Assembly: GCA_965227515.1 (NCBI GenBank)
Contig: CBDDFZ010000001.1
Coordinates: 1,504,001-1,568,000 of the forward strand
Direction of reading: 5' to 3'
Length of the DNA stretch: 64,000 nt
DNA from: Alphaproteobacteria bacterium
Lineage (GTDB): Bacteria; Pseudomonadota; Alphaproteobacteria; CALKHQ01
Under the pieces are notes generated by a model. That model saw only the letters and a program-made list of their open reading frames with translations. It was not told the DNA's origin and searched no databases. This document shows, piece after piece, positions 45,489 through 54,884 of the stretch. The first letter of the stretch is position 1. Each line of letters begins with the position of its first letter. A program made the translations under genes and the position numbers.

Positions 45489-46403
45489 GTGAACCGCTCC
45501 GCCATCGCCGTCGCTGTCGTCCTCATTATCGGCCTGTGCGCGGTGGCGCACGGTGCGATCCTGGCGCGGCTGGCCGCCGCCGACCCCATCCTGATTTCCG
45601 CTTTTCGCACCGGCGTTGCAACCCTGATCATCCTGCCCATCGGCCTGGCCCTGTATGCGCGCTCGTCGAGACGCATCGACTGGGCATCGCTGCGCTGGCC
45701 GCTGCTGGGCGGGGTGGCGCTGGCGGCACATTTCGCGAGCTGGATTGCGTCCCTCGATCACACATCCATCGCCAACAGCGTGGTCCTGGTCAACACATCG
45801 CCGGTCTGGCTCGCGCTCTACACGCTGCTGGTGCGGCGCGAGCGGTTGGGCCCGATGGCACTGGCCGGCGTCGGCCTCAGCATCGTCGGCAGCCTGGTCA
45901 TCGGCCTGTTCGCGCCGGACCAGCCCGACGGCGGCGACAGCCTGTATGGCGACGCACTGGCGCTGGCCGGCGGCATCTGCATGGCGATCTACCTTTTGAT
46001 CGGCCGGCGCGCCCTGGGGCCGGCCGCGGCTGACACCTCATCTGGCGGGCCGATGCCGCTGCTGCTCTATCTCGGCCTGTGCTACGGCAGCGCGGCGGTG
46101 GTGCTGTGGGTGGCGGTGCTGGCCGGCGGGATCGCTGTGGTCGGCCTGTCGCAAACCAGCTATCTGGCGATGGTCGGCGCAGGCCTGGTCAGCCAGGTCA
46201 TCGGCCACAGCGCCTACAACTGGAGCCTGCTGCGCTTTTCGCCCCGGTTCGTGGCGATCTGCCTGCTCGGCGAACCGGTGGTGGCGACGCTGCTGGGGCT
46301 GGCCTATTTCGGCGAGGCGGTGCCGCTGACGACGCTGGCCGGCGGCGCCATCCTGCTGGTGGCGATCTACCTGGCGGCGGCGGGCGAGCGCCGGGCGCGA
46401 TAG
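45489..46403 (+). CDS. DMT/EamA family transporter
   Basis: 10 TM segments; HFASWIASL..TSIANS, GHSAYNW and LLGEPV motifs. Confidence 0.9.
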   Translation: MNRSAIAVAVVLIIGLCAVAHGAILARLAAADPILISAFRTGVATLIILPIGLALYARSSRRIDWASLRWPLLGGVALAAHFASWIASLDHTSIANSVVLVNTSPVWLALYTLLVRRERLGPMALAGVGLSIVGSLVIGLFAPDQPDGGDSLYGDALALAGGICMAIYLLIGRRALGPAAADTSSGGPMPLLLYLGLCYGSAAVVLWVAVLAGGIAVVGLSQTSYLAMVGAGLVSQVIGHSAYNWSLLRFSPRFVAICLLGEPVVATLLGLAYFGEAVPLTTLAGGAILLVAIYLAAAGERRAR

Positions 46404-46439
46404 GTCTTCGTTCGAACCTATCGGTGCAAGATGTGTCGT

Positions 46440-46480
46440 GGTTAAGTATTAACCGTTCATTTACGTTAATTTATAAAAGT
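46440..46480 (+). promoter_or_regulatory. CtrA-like boxes upstream of flaG
   Basis: TTAA-CCGTTCA-TTTAC (46449-46464, one mismatch to TTAA-N7-TTAAC) plus extra TTAA half-sites in an AT-rich tract. Confidence 0.55.
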
Positions 46481-46558
46481 TGAACGAAATCCGAAGTTAT
46501 GAAAATTGACAATAATGACAATGCGGCCCAATATTTCGATATTGGAAAGGATTGAACC

Positions 46559-46993
46559 ATGTTGGCTGCACCAGTCATCACTTCCGTACCGCCCGCGCCT
46601 CTCCCCACGGAGACCAGCTCCGTGCTGGCCGGAATCCAGGGCGCCCGCGCCCCTGAACCGGTACGCGCGACGGAATTCGGCAATCGCACGGAAGACCGTG
46701 CGACGGACGAACGCGACGAGACACGTCAGCAGGACGCCACCGAGAAATCCGGTGCGCAGCCGATCGCCGTCGAGGCCCCGCCGGAGACCGCCGGACGGAA
46801 CCTCAACTTGGTATTCGAAGAGGATACCGGAAAAACCTTTATAGAAATTCTAGATCCGCGCACTGGCGACGTGGTCGAGCGGATTCCGCCGGAATTGCTG
46901 AAGGAACGCGAGGAAGAGACGGCGGAGAAGGATGGGGTGCTGGCCGAACGCGGCCAGCCCGACCGCGCCCAGGTGCTCGACCAGACGGTCTGA
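46559..46993 (+). CDS. flaG: FlaG-family flagellar protein
   Basis: LNLVFEEDTGKTFIEILDPRTGDVVERIPPELL matches the FlaG core pattern. Confidence 0.72.
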   Translation: MLAAPVITSVPPAPLPTETSSVLAGIQGARAPEPVRATEFGNRTEDRATDERDETRQQDATEKSGAQPIAVEAPPETAGRNLNLVFEEDTGKTFIEILDPRTGDVVERIPPELLKEREEETAEKDGVLAERGQPDRAQVLDQTV

Positions 46994-47085
46994 CTCCGGT
47001 CAACAGATCAGGTGCCTGGCCGGCCCGTGGATCGCGGGACCGGTTTTGAACGTATTGAGCTGGCACAGATCAACCGAGAAATGAT

Positions 47086-47334
47086 CTAGCGTTCCCACAT
47101 CCGCTTCGAGCCTTCGCGAACGGCATCCGCTCGGGTGACGCCGATGTCGTGCAACGCCATTTCGTCCATCGCCATCAGTTGGCGGCGTTGCCGGCTGCGT
47201 TCGGACCATTCGATCAATGTGTCGATGGCTCGCGATACCAGGGCGCCCGCAAAGCTGCTGCGCCGTGCGGTCCAGTGGTCGGTTGGCGTGCCGATGGACG
47301 GGCGGTTTGAGTCCAGGTGTGTTGCCGAAGACAT
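47086..47334 (-). CDS. DUF1127 small protein
   Basis: RSRQRRQLMAMDEMALHDIGVTRAD motif. Confidence 0.9.
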   Translation of the reverse strand: MSSATHLDSNRPSIGTPTDHWTARRSSFAGALVSRAIDTLIEWSERSRQRRQLMAMDEMALHDIGVTRADAVREGSKRMWER

Positions 47335-47369
47335 GATTTGGGCCCCTTGTTCGATGGGTGACTTGTGCT

Positions 47370-47615
47370 CTAGCGGCGCCGGCGCGGCGCGGGCCGAAGG
47401 TGCGTGGCATCAGCACGGCTGATGCCAATGTCGCGCAGCATGCGGTCATCGAGGTCTGTCAGGCGTCGGCGCTGCCGATGAAATGCCAGCCAGTCGACGA
47501 CCGGTGCGGCGAGGTGCGCCAGCACCCGCGCCAGGCTGGTGCGCAACGGTCGATTGACGGTCATATTTGGCCGGTAAGCCTGACTTCCGACCGTGTTCTC
47601 GCTTGTGCAGGGCAT
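47370..47615 (-). CDS. DUF1127 small protein
   Basis: RQRRRLTDLDDRMLRDIGISRAD motif; GGAGG SD before MPCTSE. Confidence 0.85.
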   Translation of the reverse strand: MPCTSENTVGSQAYRPNMTVNRPLRTSLARVLAHLAAPVVDWLAFHRQRRRLTDLDDRMLRDIGISRADATHLRPAPRRRR

Positions 47616-47717
47616 GGCGGCCTCCGTTCGCTGCCGGCGTGTGCCAGCGGTAAGATCATGGTTCATGAAATACGGGCGCCACGCCCGGTTTACAAACCAT
47701 GGTTCCTCAGGCTAAGC

Positions 47718-47732
47718 ATTAGCTGATCTAAT
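47718..47732. promoter_or_regulatory. LysR-type operator
   Basis: ATTAG-CTGAT-CTAAT palindrome containing T-N11-A, just upstream of the LysR gene. Confidence 0.6.
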
Positions 47733-47756
47733 CCACGAGGACGCCGGGAGGCCCGG

Positions 47757-48716
47757 GTGCCGCTGCCACCTCTGTCCAGCCTGCGCACGTTCGAGGTGGC
47801 GGCCCGCTGCCTCAGCTTCACCCGCGCCGCGGAGGAGTTGAACATCACGCAGGGCGCGGTCAGCCAGCAGATCAAGCAGCTGGAGGCCAGGCTGGGCTAC
47901 GCGCTGTTCGAGCGGCGTCCGCGCCAACTCGCCCTGACCGAGGAAGGGGACGCACTAGCATCGTCGGTGCGCGCGGCACTGGCCCAAATCACCGGTACGC
48001 TGGAGCATCTGGAACAACGCCGCCATCGCGGGCCATTGACTGTCAGCGTGCTCGCCTCGTTCGGCGCCAAGTGGTTGTTGCCCCGGCTGTCGAAATTCCA
48101 CGAGGCCCATCCCGATATCGACGTCCGCCTGCAAACCGACGATGCCATGGCCAATCTGCGCAATGACGGCGTCGACATCGCCATTCGGTTCGGCCGCGGC
48201 AACTACCCGGGCATGGACGTCACCACCCTGGTGCGTGACCGGGTGATCGCGGTGTGCAGTCCGGATCTGGTGCGCGGGCCCGAGGCGATCCGCTCGGTCG
48301 ACGACCTGGCCCACTGCCGGCTGCTGCACGACGACGACTGGCGCGGCGGCAACGAGTTCAGTTGGACGTTCTGGCTGGACAGGTTCGGCATCACCCGTAC
48401 CCGCGACGCGGGCGGCAACAGCTTCAACCGCGGCGATCTCATGGTGCAGGCCGCGATCATCGGGCGGGGCGTGGCGCTGACCCGGTGCTCGCTCGCCGAC
48501 GAGGACTTGCAGGCCGGCCGGTTGGTGCGGCCGTTCCCGTTCTCGATGCCGAGCCCGATGGCGCACTACGTCGTGTGCCTGCCGGAGCGTGCGCACGCGC
48601 CGAACATCGAGGCGTTTCGCGCCTGGGTGGTGGCGGAGGGCGCCCGTGCCGCCGCTCACTACGACCTCGCCTACGCCGACCGGATGCCGGCGCAGCGCGA
48701 TGGGCATGAGGACTAA
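47757..48716 (+). CDS. LysR-family regulator, GcvA-like
   Basis: LPPLSSLRTFEVAAR..SFTRAAEEL..TQGAVSQQI, WLLPRL and DIAIRFG motifs. Confidence 0.94.
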   Translation: MPLPPLSSLRTFEVAARCLSFTRAAEELNITQGAVSQQIKQLEARLGYALFERRPRQLALTEEGDALASSVRAALAQITGTLEHLEQRRHRGPLTVSVLASFGAKWLLPRLSKFHEAHPDIDVRLQTDDAMANLRNDGVDIAIRFGRGNYPGMDVTTLVRDRVIAVCSPDLVRGPEAIRSVDDLAHCRLLHDDDWRGGNEFSWTFWLDRFGITRTRDAGGNSFNRGDLMVQAAIIGRGVALTRCSLADEDLQAGRLVRPFPFSMPSPMAHYVVCLPERAHAPNIEAFRAWVVAEGARAAAHYDLAYADRMPAQRDGHED

Positions 48717-48735
48717 GACTCTTCAGGGTATTTCA

Positions 48736-48808
48736 GTGACAGTTTACTGAATTGCAGCCGCTGCGCTCTGCGGCGCCTGTTGTCGCGCTGAATTTAGTAA
48801 ACTGTCAC
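48736..48808. repeat. REPIN-like element family A
   Basis: GTGACAGTTTACTGAATT / AATTTAGTAAACTGTCAC, 17 of 18 complementary; between convergent genes. Confidence 0.85.
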
Positions 48809-48835
48809 CTAAATGCACCGAAATATCGCATCTCG

Positions 48836-49729
48836 TCAGGCTGGTGGGGAGATGCGGCCTGCGTTGCCGGCCGACTGCCCGTCGACGATGGAGCCGATCG
48901 GCATCCGCTTGGCGTCCGCCGGGGGGCGAGCCAGGAAAAAGCGCGAGTGGATCATGCCGCGCGTCCGCTCCAGGTCTGTGGATTTGCCGGCGGCCTCCAG
49001 CTCGTCCAGCACATAGGCGCGTTCGGTGTTGTCGACGAACTTGCGGTGTGGCAGCGGGCGCTGGCCGAACTCCAGCTTCAGGCCGGCATCGTTGAGCGTC
49101 CGCAGCACACCGTCCACATTGACGTACCGGCTGGCGAAGAACGCAAACCATGGCAGCCGGTCCTGCCACAGCTCGGTCAGGCGGCCGAATGTGTTGGCGC
49201 CGATGTAGCCGACCCCGCCTGTCACGGTGACGAGGTCTGCATCGGCCAGCAGGTCCGCGGCCTCGTTCGTCAGGTCATTGTTTTCCAGGTCGATGCTCAG
49301 GCCCTGGTCGATCAGGTTGGTCTGGCGCGCGAAGCGGACCGCGCGTTCGGCGGCGTCGACGCCAATCATGCGAAAGCCCCGGTTCAAGTGCTGCTTGGAT
49401 TCGAAGAAGTACCTGTCCGCATCGACAATCTCGTCGCTCGACGCCTCCGCCATCCACGGGTCGCAGGCATAGCGGGCATAGAGCTCGGACATGGTCAACT
49501 CATGGCCCAGCAGCGCCCCGTTGACGCCATAGCCACAGCACAGATCGACCACGCGGACCGGCGCGCTCCGCTTCGACAGCGCGTCGATGCAGCGGCGGAA
49601 ATAGGTCGCGGCATGCTGGGGCAGGACATAGGTGTAGGGGGCCAGCGCCTGATAGTAGGCGCGCGGGTCCGGCTTGTTGTAGATGGCCGAGAAGTCGGCT
49701 TTGCCGGGGCTGGCGAACTTGGCGGTCAT
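48836..49729 (-). CDS. putative SAM-dependent methyltransferase
   Basis: VVDLCCGYGVN, IGVDA and TGGVGY Rossmann-type motifs; N-terminal FSAIYNKPDPRAYY. Confidence 0.72.
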   Translation of the reverse strand: MTAKFASPGKADFSAIYNKPDPRAYYQALAPYTYVLPQHAATYFRRCIDALSKRSAPVRVVDLCCGYGVNGALLGHELTMSELYARYACDPWMAEASSDEIVDADRYFFESKQHLNRGFRMIGVDAAERAVRFARQTNLIDQGLSIDLENNDLTNEAADLLADADLVTVTGGVGYIGANTFGRLTELWQDRLPWFAFFASRYVNVDGVLRTLNDAGLKLEFGQRPLPHRKFVDNTERAYVLDELEAAGKSTDLERTRGMIHSRFFLARPPADAKRMPIGSIVDGQSAGNAGRISPPA

Positions 49730-49858
49730 CGAGGTCTCCGTCGGGGTTGAGCCCACCGGCGTGGGCGCGTTTCGTCCTTGCCGGCTCCATCTGGGCCGGC
49801 CGGGCGGTGTCAGCGATGTGCATGCCGCGACGCAGGCGGCGGGTAGCGCGTCTTGCGG

Positions 49859-51361
49859 TTATGCGACCGGCCGATCCGACCAGTGGGCGACCAGGCCCAG
49901 CACCGCCTCCGGCATCTCGAGCTGGTCGGCCAGCAGGCTCTGGTAGGCGGCCTCCTCGCCGCAGCGCGGTGCCCTGCTCGCGGACGGGGCGGTGACGATC
50001 GCCCGGTCCTTGAAGCGGGTGCCCAGCATGTCGGCGAGACCGCTGCCTTCGTCGAACTGCGCCTTGTCGCGCCAGACGATGTCGTCCGGCAGCAGGTCGG
50101 CGAACGCGCGGCGCAGCAGCCACTTCTCCACCAGGCGGCCGTCGCCCCCATCATGGAGTTTCCATGTCGCCGGCACCCGCATCGCGGTCTCGATCATCGC
50201 GGTGTCCAGGAACGGCACCCGTGCCTCCAGCCCGTGCGCCATGGTCATGCGGTCGACGCGCTGCAGGTTGATGTTGTGCATGCTGGACAGCGAGCGCCTG
50301 AGCTCCTCGTTCAGCGCGGCATGGGGCACGTCGCGGTAATAGGTGTAGCCGGCGAACAGTTCGTCGGCGCCTTCGCCGGTCAGCACCACCTTCACCTGGG
50401 CCGCAGCCAATCGCGACACCATCCAGCACGGCACGGCGCTGCGCACCAGGTCCCGGTCGTAGGACTCCAGGTGGCTCAGAATGGCCGGCATCGCCGCATC
50501 GACCTCGCGGTCGTCGATGGCCATCTCGTGGTGCTCCGACCCGATGTGTTCGGCCACGCGGCGCGCGGCGGCCAGGTCCGGGCTGCCGGGCACGCCGACG
50601 GCAAATGTCTTCAGATGGTCCAGGTGCTTGGCCGCGACGGCCGCGATGATGCTGCTGTCGAGCCCGCCGGACAGGAACGCGCCCAGCGGCACGTCGCTGC
50701 GCAACCGCTTGACGACGGCTCGCTCCAGGGTGGCGCGCACCGCCTCGGTCGCCTCGTCGACATCCTCGAACATCTGCGTCGGCGCGGGCACGTCGTAATA
50801 GCGGGTGAACCCGGTATCGGACTCGTAGACATGACCGGCCGGGAATTCCTTGATGTCCTCGGCGATCAGGCTCAGCGCCTTGATCTCGGACCCGAAGCAC
50901 AGCGCATCCTGGGTGCCGCCCCCGGTGGCGCGGCCGTAATAGAGCGGCTTGATGCCCAGCGGGTCGCGCGCGGCCATGATCTGGTCGCCCTGGGCCTGCA
51001 CGAAGGCGAACATGCCGTCCAGGTCGGCGACCGCCCTGGCGCCCCTGATCGCGCAAGCGCGCAGGATCGATTCGGAGTCCGTGGTGGTGCGGAAGGCCGC
51101 GGCGCCGACTTCCTCGCGCAGGGCCTTGTAGTTGTAGATCATGCCGTTGGCGATAAGGCTGGCGTCGTGTTCCGGCGCCTGCAGCGGCTGGTCGCCGCCC
51201 GCCGGGTCGATGATGGCCAGCCGCCTGTGGCCGAAGGTGAACTTGTCGACCGGGTCCTCAAGCACGCCGGCCCCGTCGGGTCCCCGATGGGCAAGCGCCG
51301 TCATTGCGCGCTGTGCTGCCTCCCGATCGACGCGACCGCACAGCGCGATAATTCCACACAT
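49859..51361 (-). CDS. asnB: asparagine synthase (glutamine-hydrolysing) family amidotransferase
   Basis: MCGI Ntn start, HRGPD, HRRLAIID, RDPLGIKPLY, LSGGLDSS and GEGADELFAGY motifs. Confidence 0.9.
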   Translation of the reverse strand: MCGIIALCGRVDREAAQRAMTALAHRGPDGAGVLEDPVDKFTFGHRRLAIIDPAGGDQPLQAPEHDASLIANGMIYNYKALREEVGAAAFRTTTDSESILRACAIRGARAVADLDGMFAFVQAQGDQIMAARDPLGIKPLYYGRATGGGTQDALCFGSEIKALSLIAEDIKEFPAGHVYESDTGFTRYYDVPAPTQMFEDVDEATEAVRATLERAVVKRLRSDVPLGAFLSGGLDSSIIAAVAAKHLDHLKTFAVGVPGSPDLAAARRVAEHIGSEHHEMAIDDREVDAAMPAILSHLESYDRDLVRSAVPCWMVSRLAAAQVKVVLTGEGADELFAGYTYYRDVPHAALNEELRRSLSSMHNINLQRVDRMTMAHGLEARVPFLDTAMIETAMRVPATWKLHDGGDGRLVEKWLLRRAFADLLPDDIVWRDKAQFDEGSGLADMLGTRFKDRAIVTAPSASRAPRCGEEAAYQSLLADQLEMPEAVLGLVAHWSDRPVA

Positions 51362-51704
51362 GGATGCACCAGGCTCCAATTTTGAAAGGTAACGATGAAG
51401 TTATTCTCGGGCGACGAAGGTAAAGGAAGCTCAGTCCCTTCAAATAACTGTAACTGCTTCGTAATATTCATGGCTGTTTGCACAGCACATGATCCCCGAG
51501 TCAAAAATCACCATATGTTCAATGCTCGCCGATGTCAAGCCGGACGGGCTGCCATATGGCCTGACATCGTTGAGCTTGAAGCGAAAAACTGGACTGAAGC
51601 CGGTAGAATATTATGGAAACCGAGCGGCGGCACTTAACCAGGTTAATGGCGCCGAATTGCGGACAGGCTTGGCCCCGGCACTGTCGCGGGCAATGCGTGT
51701 GGCG

Positions 51705-52751
51705 TCACTGGACCGACGCCAATGCGAACCGGTTGAGAATGACCAGCGGCAGCCAGCTTTGCATGCCGTCGTCGTAGTGCCCGGCCGTGACCACGACGAC
51801 CATATTGGCTGCCGGTACAACGAACAGGCGCTGTCCGCCTAGCCCAATGCCGGCTGCCCACGCGACATCGCGGCCGTGTACCAGCGACCTGCCAAGCCAC
51901 CAATGCAAGCCGTAATAGAACAGCCGGTCGGCCGCGCCGATCTGTGGCGTCAACGCAGTTTCGATCCAGGACGGATCGATCAATTGCCGGTCGCGCCACT
52001 TGCCGCCGGACAGGACGAGTTGACCGACCTTGGCTATGTCGCGCGCCCGCAACCGCAGCCCGCCGGATGGCGACGGCGCGCCATCGTCGTAGCGTGCCCA
52101 TTCGACCTGGCGAATGCCCAGGGGCGCGAATAGTGCGGTCGCGGCGAACCGGTCCAATGGCTCACCGGTCGCTTGCGCCAGCAAGACGCCCAGCATCTCC
52201 GTGCAGCCGCCGGAATAGTTCCACACCTCTCCGGGCGCGGCGGCCATGGGCGACCCCAGCACGGTGCGGACCCGGTCTTCCGACCGCCACAGCCGCATCT
52301 CGCCGTTTGCCGGGTCGCTGATCGGCACATTTTCGTCCCACGCCAAACCCGTCGACATGGTCAGCAGGTGGCGGACCAGGATTCGGTCCTTCTCCGGCGA
52401 CCGCAGATCGGCAACGTCTGGGAGGTGATCCAGGACCGTTTCGTCGAGGCTCGGCGCAGTGCCGGTGCCGACTGCCTGGCCGTACAAAAGACCCGTGACG
52501 CACTTGGTCACCGAGCGCATGTCGTGCAGCGTGTCGGGCCCGTGTTGCACCGGGCCCGGGTCGGCACCCCATCGCTGGTCATGGCCGGTCCGATAATGCT
52601 CGAACGCCAGCACGCCGTTTCGCGCAACCAGAACGGCATGGATATTGGAGCCGGGCAAGTCGTCCAACCACGCGGGGAGCGTGTTCAGCACATTCGAATT
52701 GAGCCCGCCGTCGGCCGGCGAACCGATGGGCCAGTCGTCAGCTGGCGGCAT
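51705..52751 (-). CDS. serine hydrolase (class C beta-lactamase-like family)
   Basis: SVTK (SxxK), LLTMSTG and WNYSG motifs. Confidence 0.9.
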   Translation of the reverse strand: MPPADDWPIGSPADGGLNSNVLNTLPAWLDDLPGSNIHAVLVARNGVLAFEHYRTGHDQRWGADPGPVQHGPDTLHDMRSVTKCVTGLLYGQAVGTGTAPSLDETVLDHLPDVADLRSPEKDRILVRHLLTMSTGLAWDENVPISDPANGEMRLWRSEDRVRTVLGSPMAAAPGEVWNYSGGCTEMLGVLLAQATGEPLDRFAATALFAPLGIRQVEWARYDDGAPSPSGGLRLRARDIAKVGQLVLSGGKWRDRQLIDPSWIETALTPQIGAADRLFYYGLHWWLGRSLVHGRDVAWAAGIGLGGQRLFVVPAANMVVVVTAGHYDDGMQSWLPLVILNRFALASVQ

Positions 52752-52911
52752 TGCGTGGTCCCCGCGATCCTGGCTTGGCTGGCGCGCGTTCGGCGCGTGC
52801 CGGATCGGCCAATGATTGCACGACGGACTGTCGCAAAGGTTGCGACAAATCACACGCGAACGAGATCAGATGTGCTGGTGTTCCAAGTCGGATTCGAGAG
52901 CCGACTGCGGA

Positions 52912-53253
52912 TTAGGTCGTGTTGGCTTCGCGGTGGCGGCGTTCGGCGCCGCTGATCCGCATGTCCAGTGAACCGGCCGCGTCGAGTGCCGCCTGGGCCA
53001 CCGTTGCGGCCTGCTCGGCAAGCGCGCCGGCCGCCAGACCATCGGAGTTGCGGGCCATTTCCAGGTCCATGTCCAGGATGATCGCGCTCAGCCGCTCGGC
53101 CTCGGACGCCAGCAGCATTGCCACATCGCTGTCCGCGGCACCGCTGTCGTCGATCTCCGTGATCGCGACGTCCAACGCCTTCTTCAGCTCGCTCAGTCCG
53201 GCCATCTCGGTCCCGCATGGTTCAGCCGCGCACGGTTGCTGGCGGCTGAACAT
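52912..53253 (-). CDS. hypothetical helical protein
   Basis: Acidic amphipathic ORF; start uncertain; no family recognised. Confidence 0.45.
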   Translation of the reverse strand: MFSRQQPCAAEPCGTEMAGLSELKKALDVAITEIDDSGAADSDVAMLLASEAERLSAIILDMDLEMARNSDGLAAGALAEQAATVAQAALDAAGSLDMRISGAERRHREANTT

Positions 53254-53420
53254 GATGTATCGCCAGATACTTAATCGTTCCTGAACGGGCCGGCAACCGG
53301 CCAGGTACCTGGCGAGGCTGGAAGGGGCGGATCGGCGCGCTTTATGGTCGTTCGCGAACGATCGAAGGCTGCGCGCGCAGGCGGCGAAAGACGCCGCGCT
53401 TTTTTGGGGAGGGGACAGCA

Positions 53421-54785
53421 ATGGACACGGTCAAATACGTTCTCGACGAGAGCCAGATACCGACGCACTGGTACAACGTCGTGGCCGACCTGCCGGCGCC
53501 ACCGCCGCCGCCATTGCATCCGGGCACCAAGGAGCCGGTGACGCCGGACCTGCTGGAACCGCTGTTCCCGATGGACCTGATCATGCAGGAGGTCTCGGCG
53601 GAGCGCGAGATCGAGATCCCGGGGCCGGTGCGCGATATCTACCGCCAGTGGCGGCCGACGCCGCTCTACCGGGCCCGCCGGCTGGAGGCTGAGCTGCAGA
53701 CCCCGGCCAAGATCTACTACAAGTACGAAGGCGTCAGCCCGACTGGCAGCCACAAGCCGAACACGGCGGTGCCGCAGGCGTTCTACAACGCCGAGGCCGG
53801 CATCAAGAAGATCTCGACCGAGACCGGCGCCGGCCAGTGGGGCTCGTCACTGGCGTTCGCGGGCGCGCTGTTCGGCATCCAGGTCGACGTGTTCATGGTC
53901 AAGGTGAGCTTCCAGCAGAAGCCCTATCGCAAGGCGATGATGGAGGCGTTCGGCGCGCGTTGCGTGGCCAGCCCGTCGGAGGAGACCGACAGCGGGCGTG
54001 CGATCCTGGCCGAGCATCCGCACTCCACCGGCAGCCTGGGGATCGCGATTTCAGAGGCGGTGGAGGTCGCGGCGAAGAACGACGACACCAAATATGCGCT
54101 GGGCAGCGTGCTGAACCACGTGCTGCTGCACCAGACCGTGATCGGCCAGGAAGCGATGACGCAGATGGAGATGGCCGGCGACGGACCGGACATCGTGATC
54201 GGCTGCACCGGCGGCGGGTCCAACTTCGCCGGGCTCAGCTTCCCGTTCATCGGCATGAAGGCGCGCGACGGCGCCAACATCCGGGTCATCGCGGTCGAGC
54301 CGTCGGCCTGCCCCTCGCTGACCCGCGGCAAGTACGCCTACGATTTCGGCGACACCGGGCACCTGACCCCGCTGGTGAAGATGCACACGCTGGGCTCCAC
54401 TTTCGTGCCGCCGGGGTTCCACGCCGGGGGGCTGCGCTATCACGGCATGGCGCCGCTGATCAGCCACATCATGGACCTCGGCCTGATCGAGGCGCGAGCC
54501 TACCACCAGACCGAGTGCTTCGCGGCCGGCGTCCAGTTCGCGCGGGCCGAGGGCATTCTGCCGGCGCCAGAAGCGAACCATGCGGTCAAGGCGACCATCG
54601 ACGAGGCGGTGCGCTGCCGCGAGGAGGGGCGGGGCCAAACCATCCTGGTCAATCTGTGCGGCCACGGCCATTTCGACATGGCGGCCTATTCGGACTATTT
54701 CGCCGGCAAGCTGGAGGACCGCGACTACGACGAGGGCGAACTGGCGATGGCGCTGGCCGGATTGCCGTCGGTGGCGGCGGAGTAG
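53421..54785 (+). CDS. trpB2: TrpB-like PLP enzyme (type 2 tryptophan synthase beta)
   Basis: [37 protein letters not shown] and HAGGLRYHG motifs; no trpA nearby. Confidence 0.94.
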   Translation: MDTVKYVLDESQIPTHWYNVVADLPAPPPPPLHPGTKEPVTPDLLEPLFPMDLIMQEVSAEREIEIPGPVRDIYRQWRPTPLYRARRLEAELQTPAKIYYKYEGVSPTGSHKPNTAVPQAFYNAEAGIKKISTETGAGQWGSSLAFAGALFGIQVDVFMVKVSFQQKPYRKAMMEAFGARCVASPSEETDSGRAILAEHPHSTGSLGIAISEAVEVAAKNDDTKYALGSVLNHVLLHQTVIGQEAMTQMEMAGDGPDIVIGCTGGGSNFAGLSFPFIGMKARDGANIRVIAVEPSACPSLTRGKYAYDFGDTGHLTPLVKMHTLGSTFVPPGFHAGGLRYHGMAPLISHIMDLGLIEARAYHQTECFAAGVQFARAEGILPAPEANHAVKATIDEAVRCREEGRGQTILVNLCGHGHFDMAAYSDYFAGKLEDRDYDEGELAMALAGLPSVAAE

Positions 54786-54884
54786 CTGGAGGATGTGATT
54801 CCAGCCGCTCCGGGCGGGTCATATGGGCTGGCCAGTGCCAAATGCGCCAGGCAGCCTCTCCGGCGCCGTCGGTGAGGAGGTTCG

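Noticed and set aside
46994-47085. Cuckoo/CcsR sRNA repeats downstream of the DUF1127 genes
   Set aside because: No CCTCCTCCC loop motifs are visible on the minus strand.
53344-53541. 65-aa ORF as a trp leader peptide
   Set aside because: It has no Trp codons before the hairpin and overlaps trpB2 out of frame.
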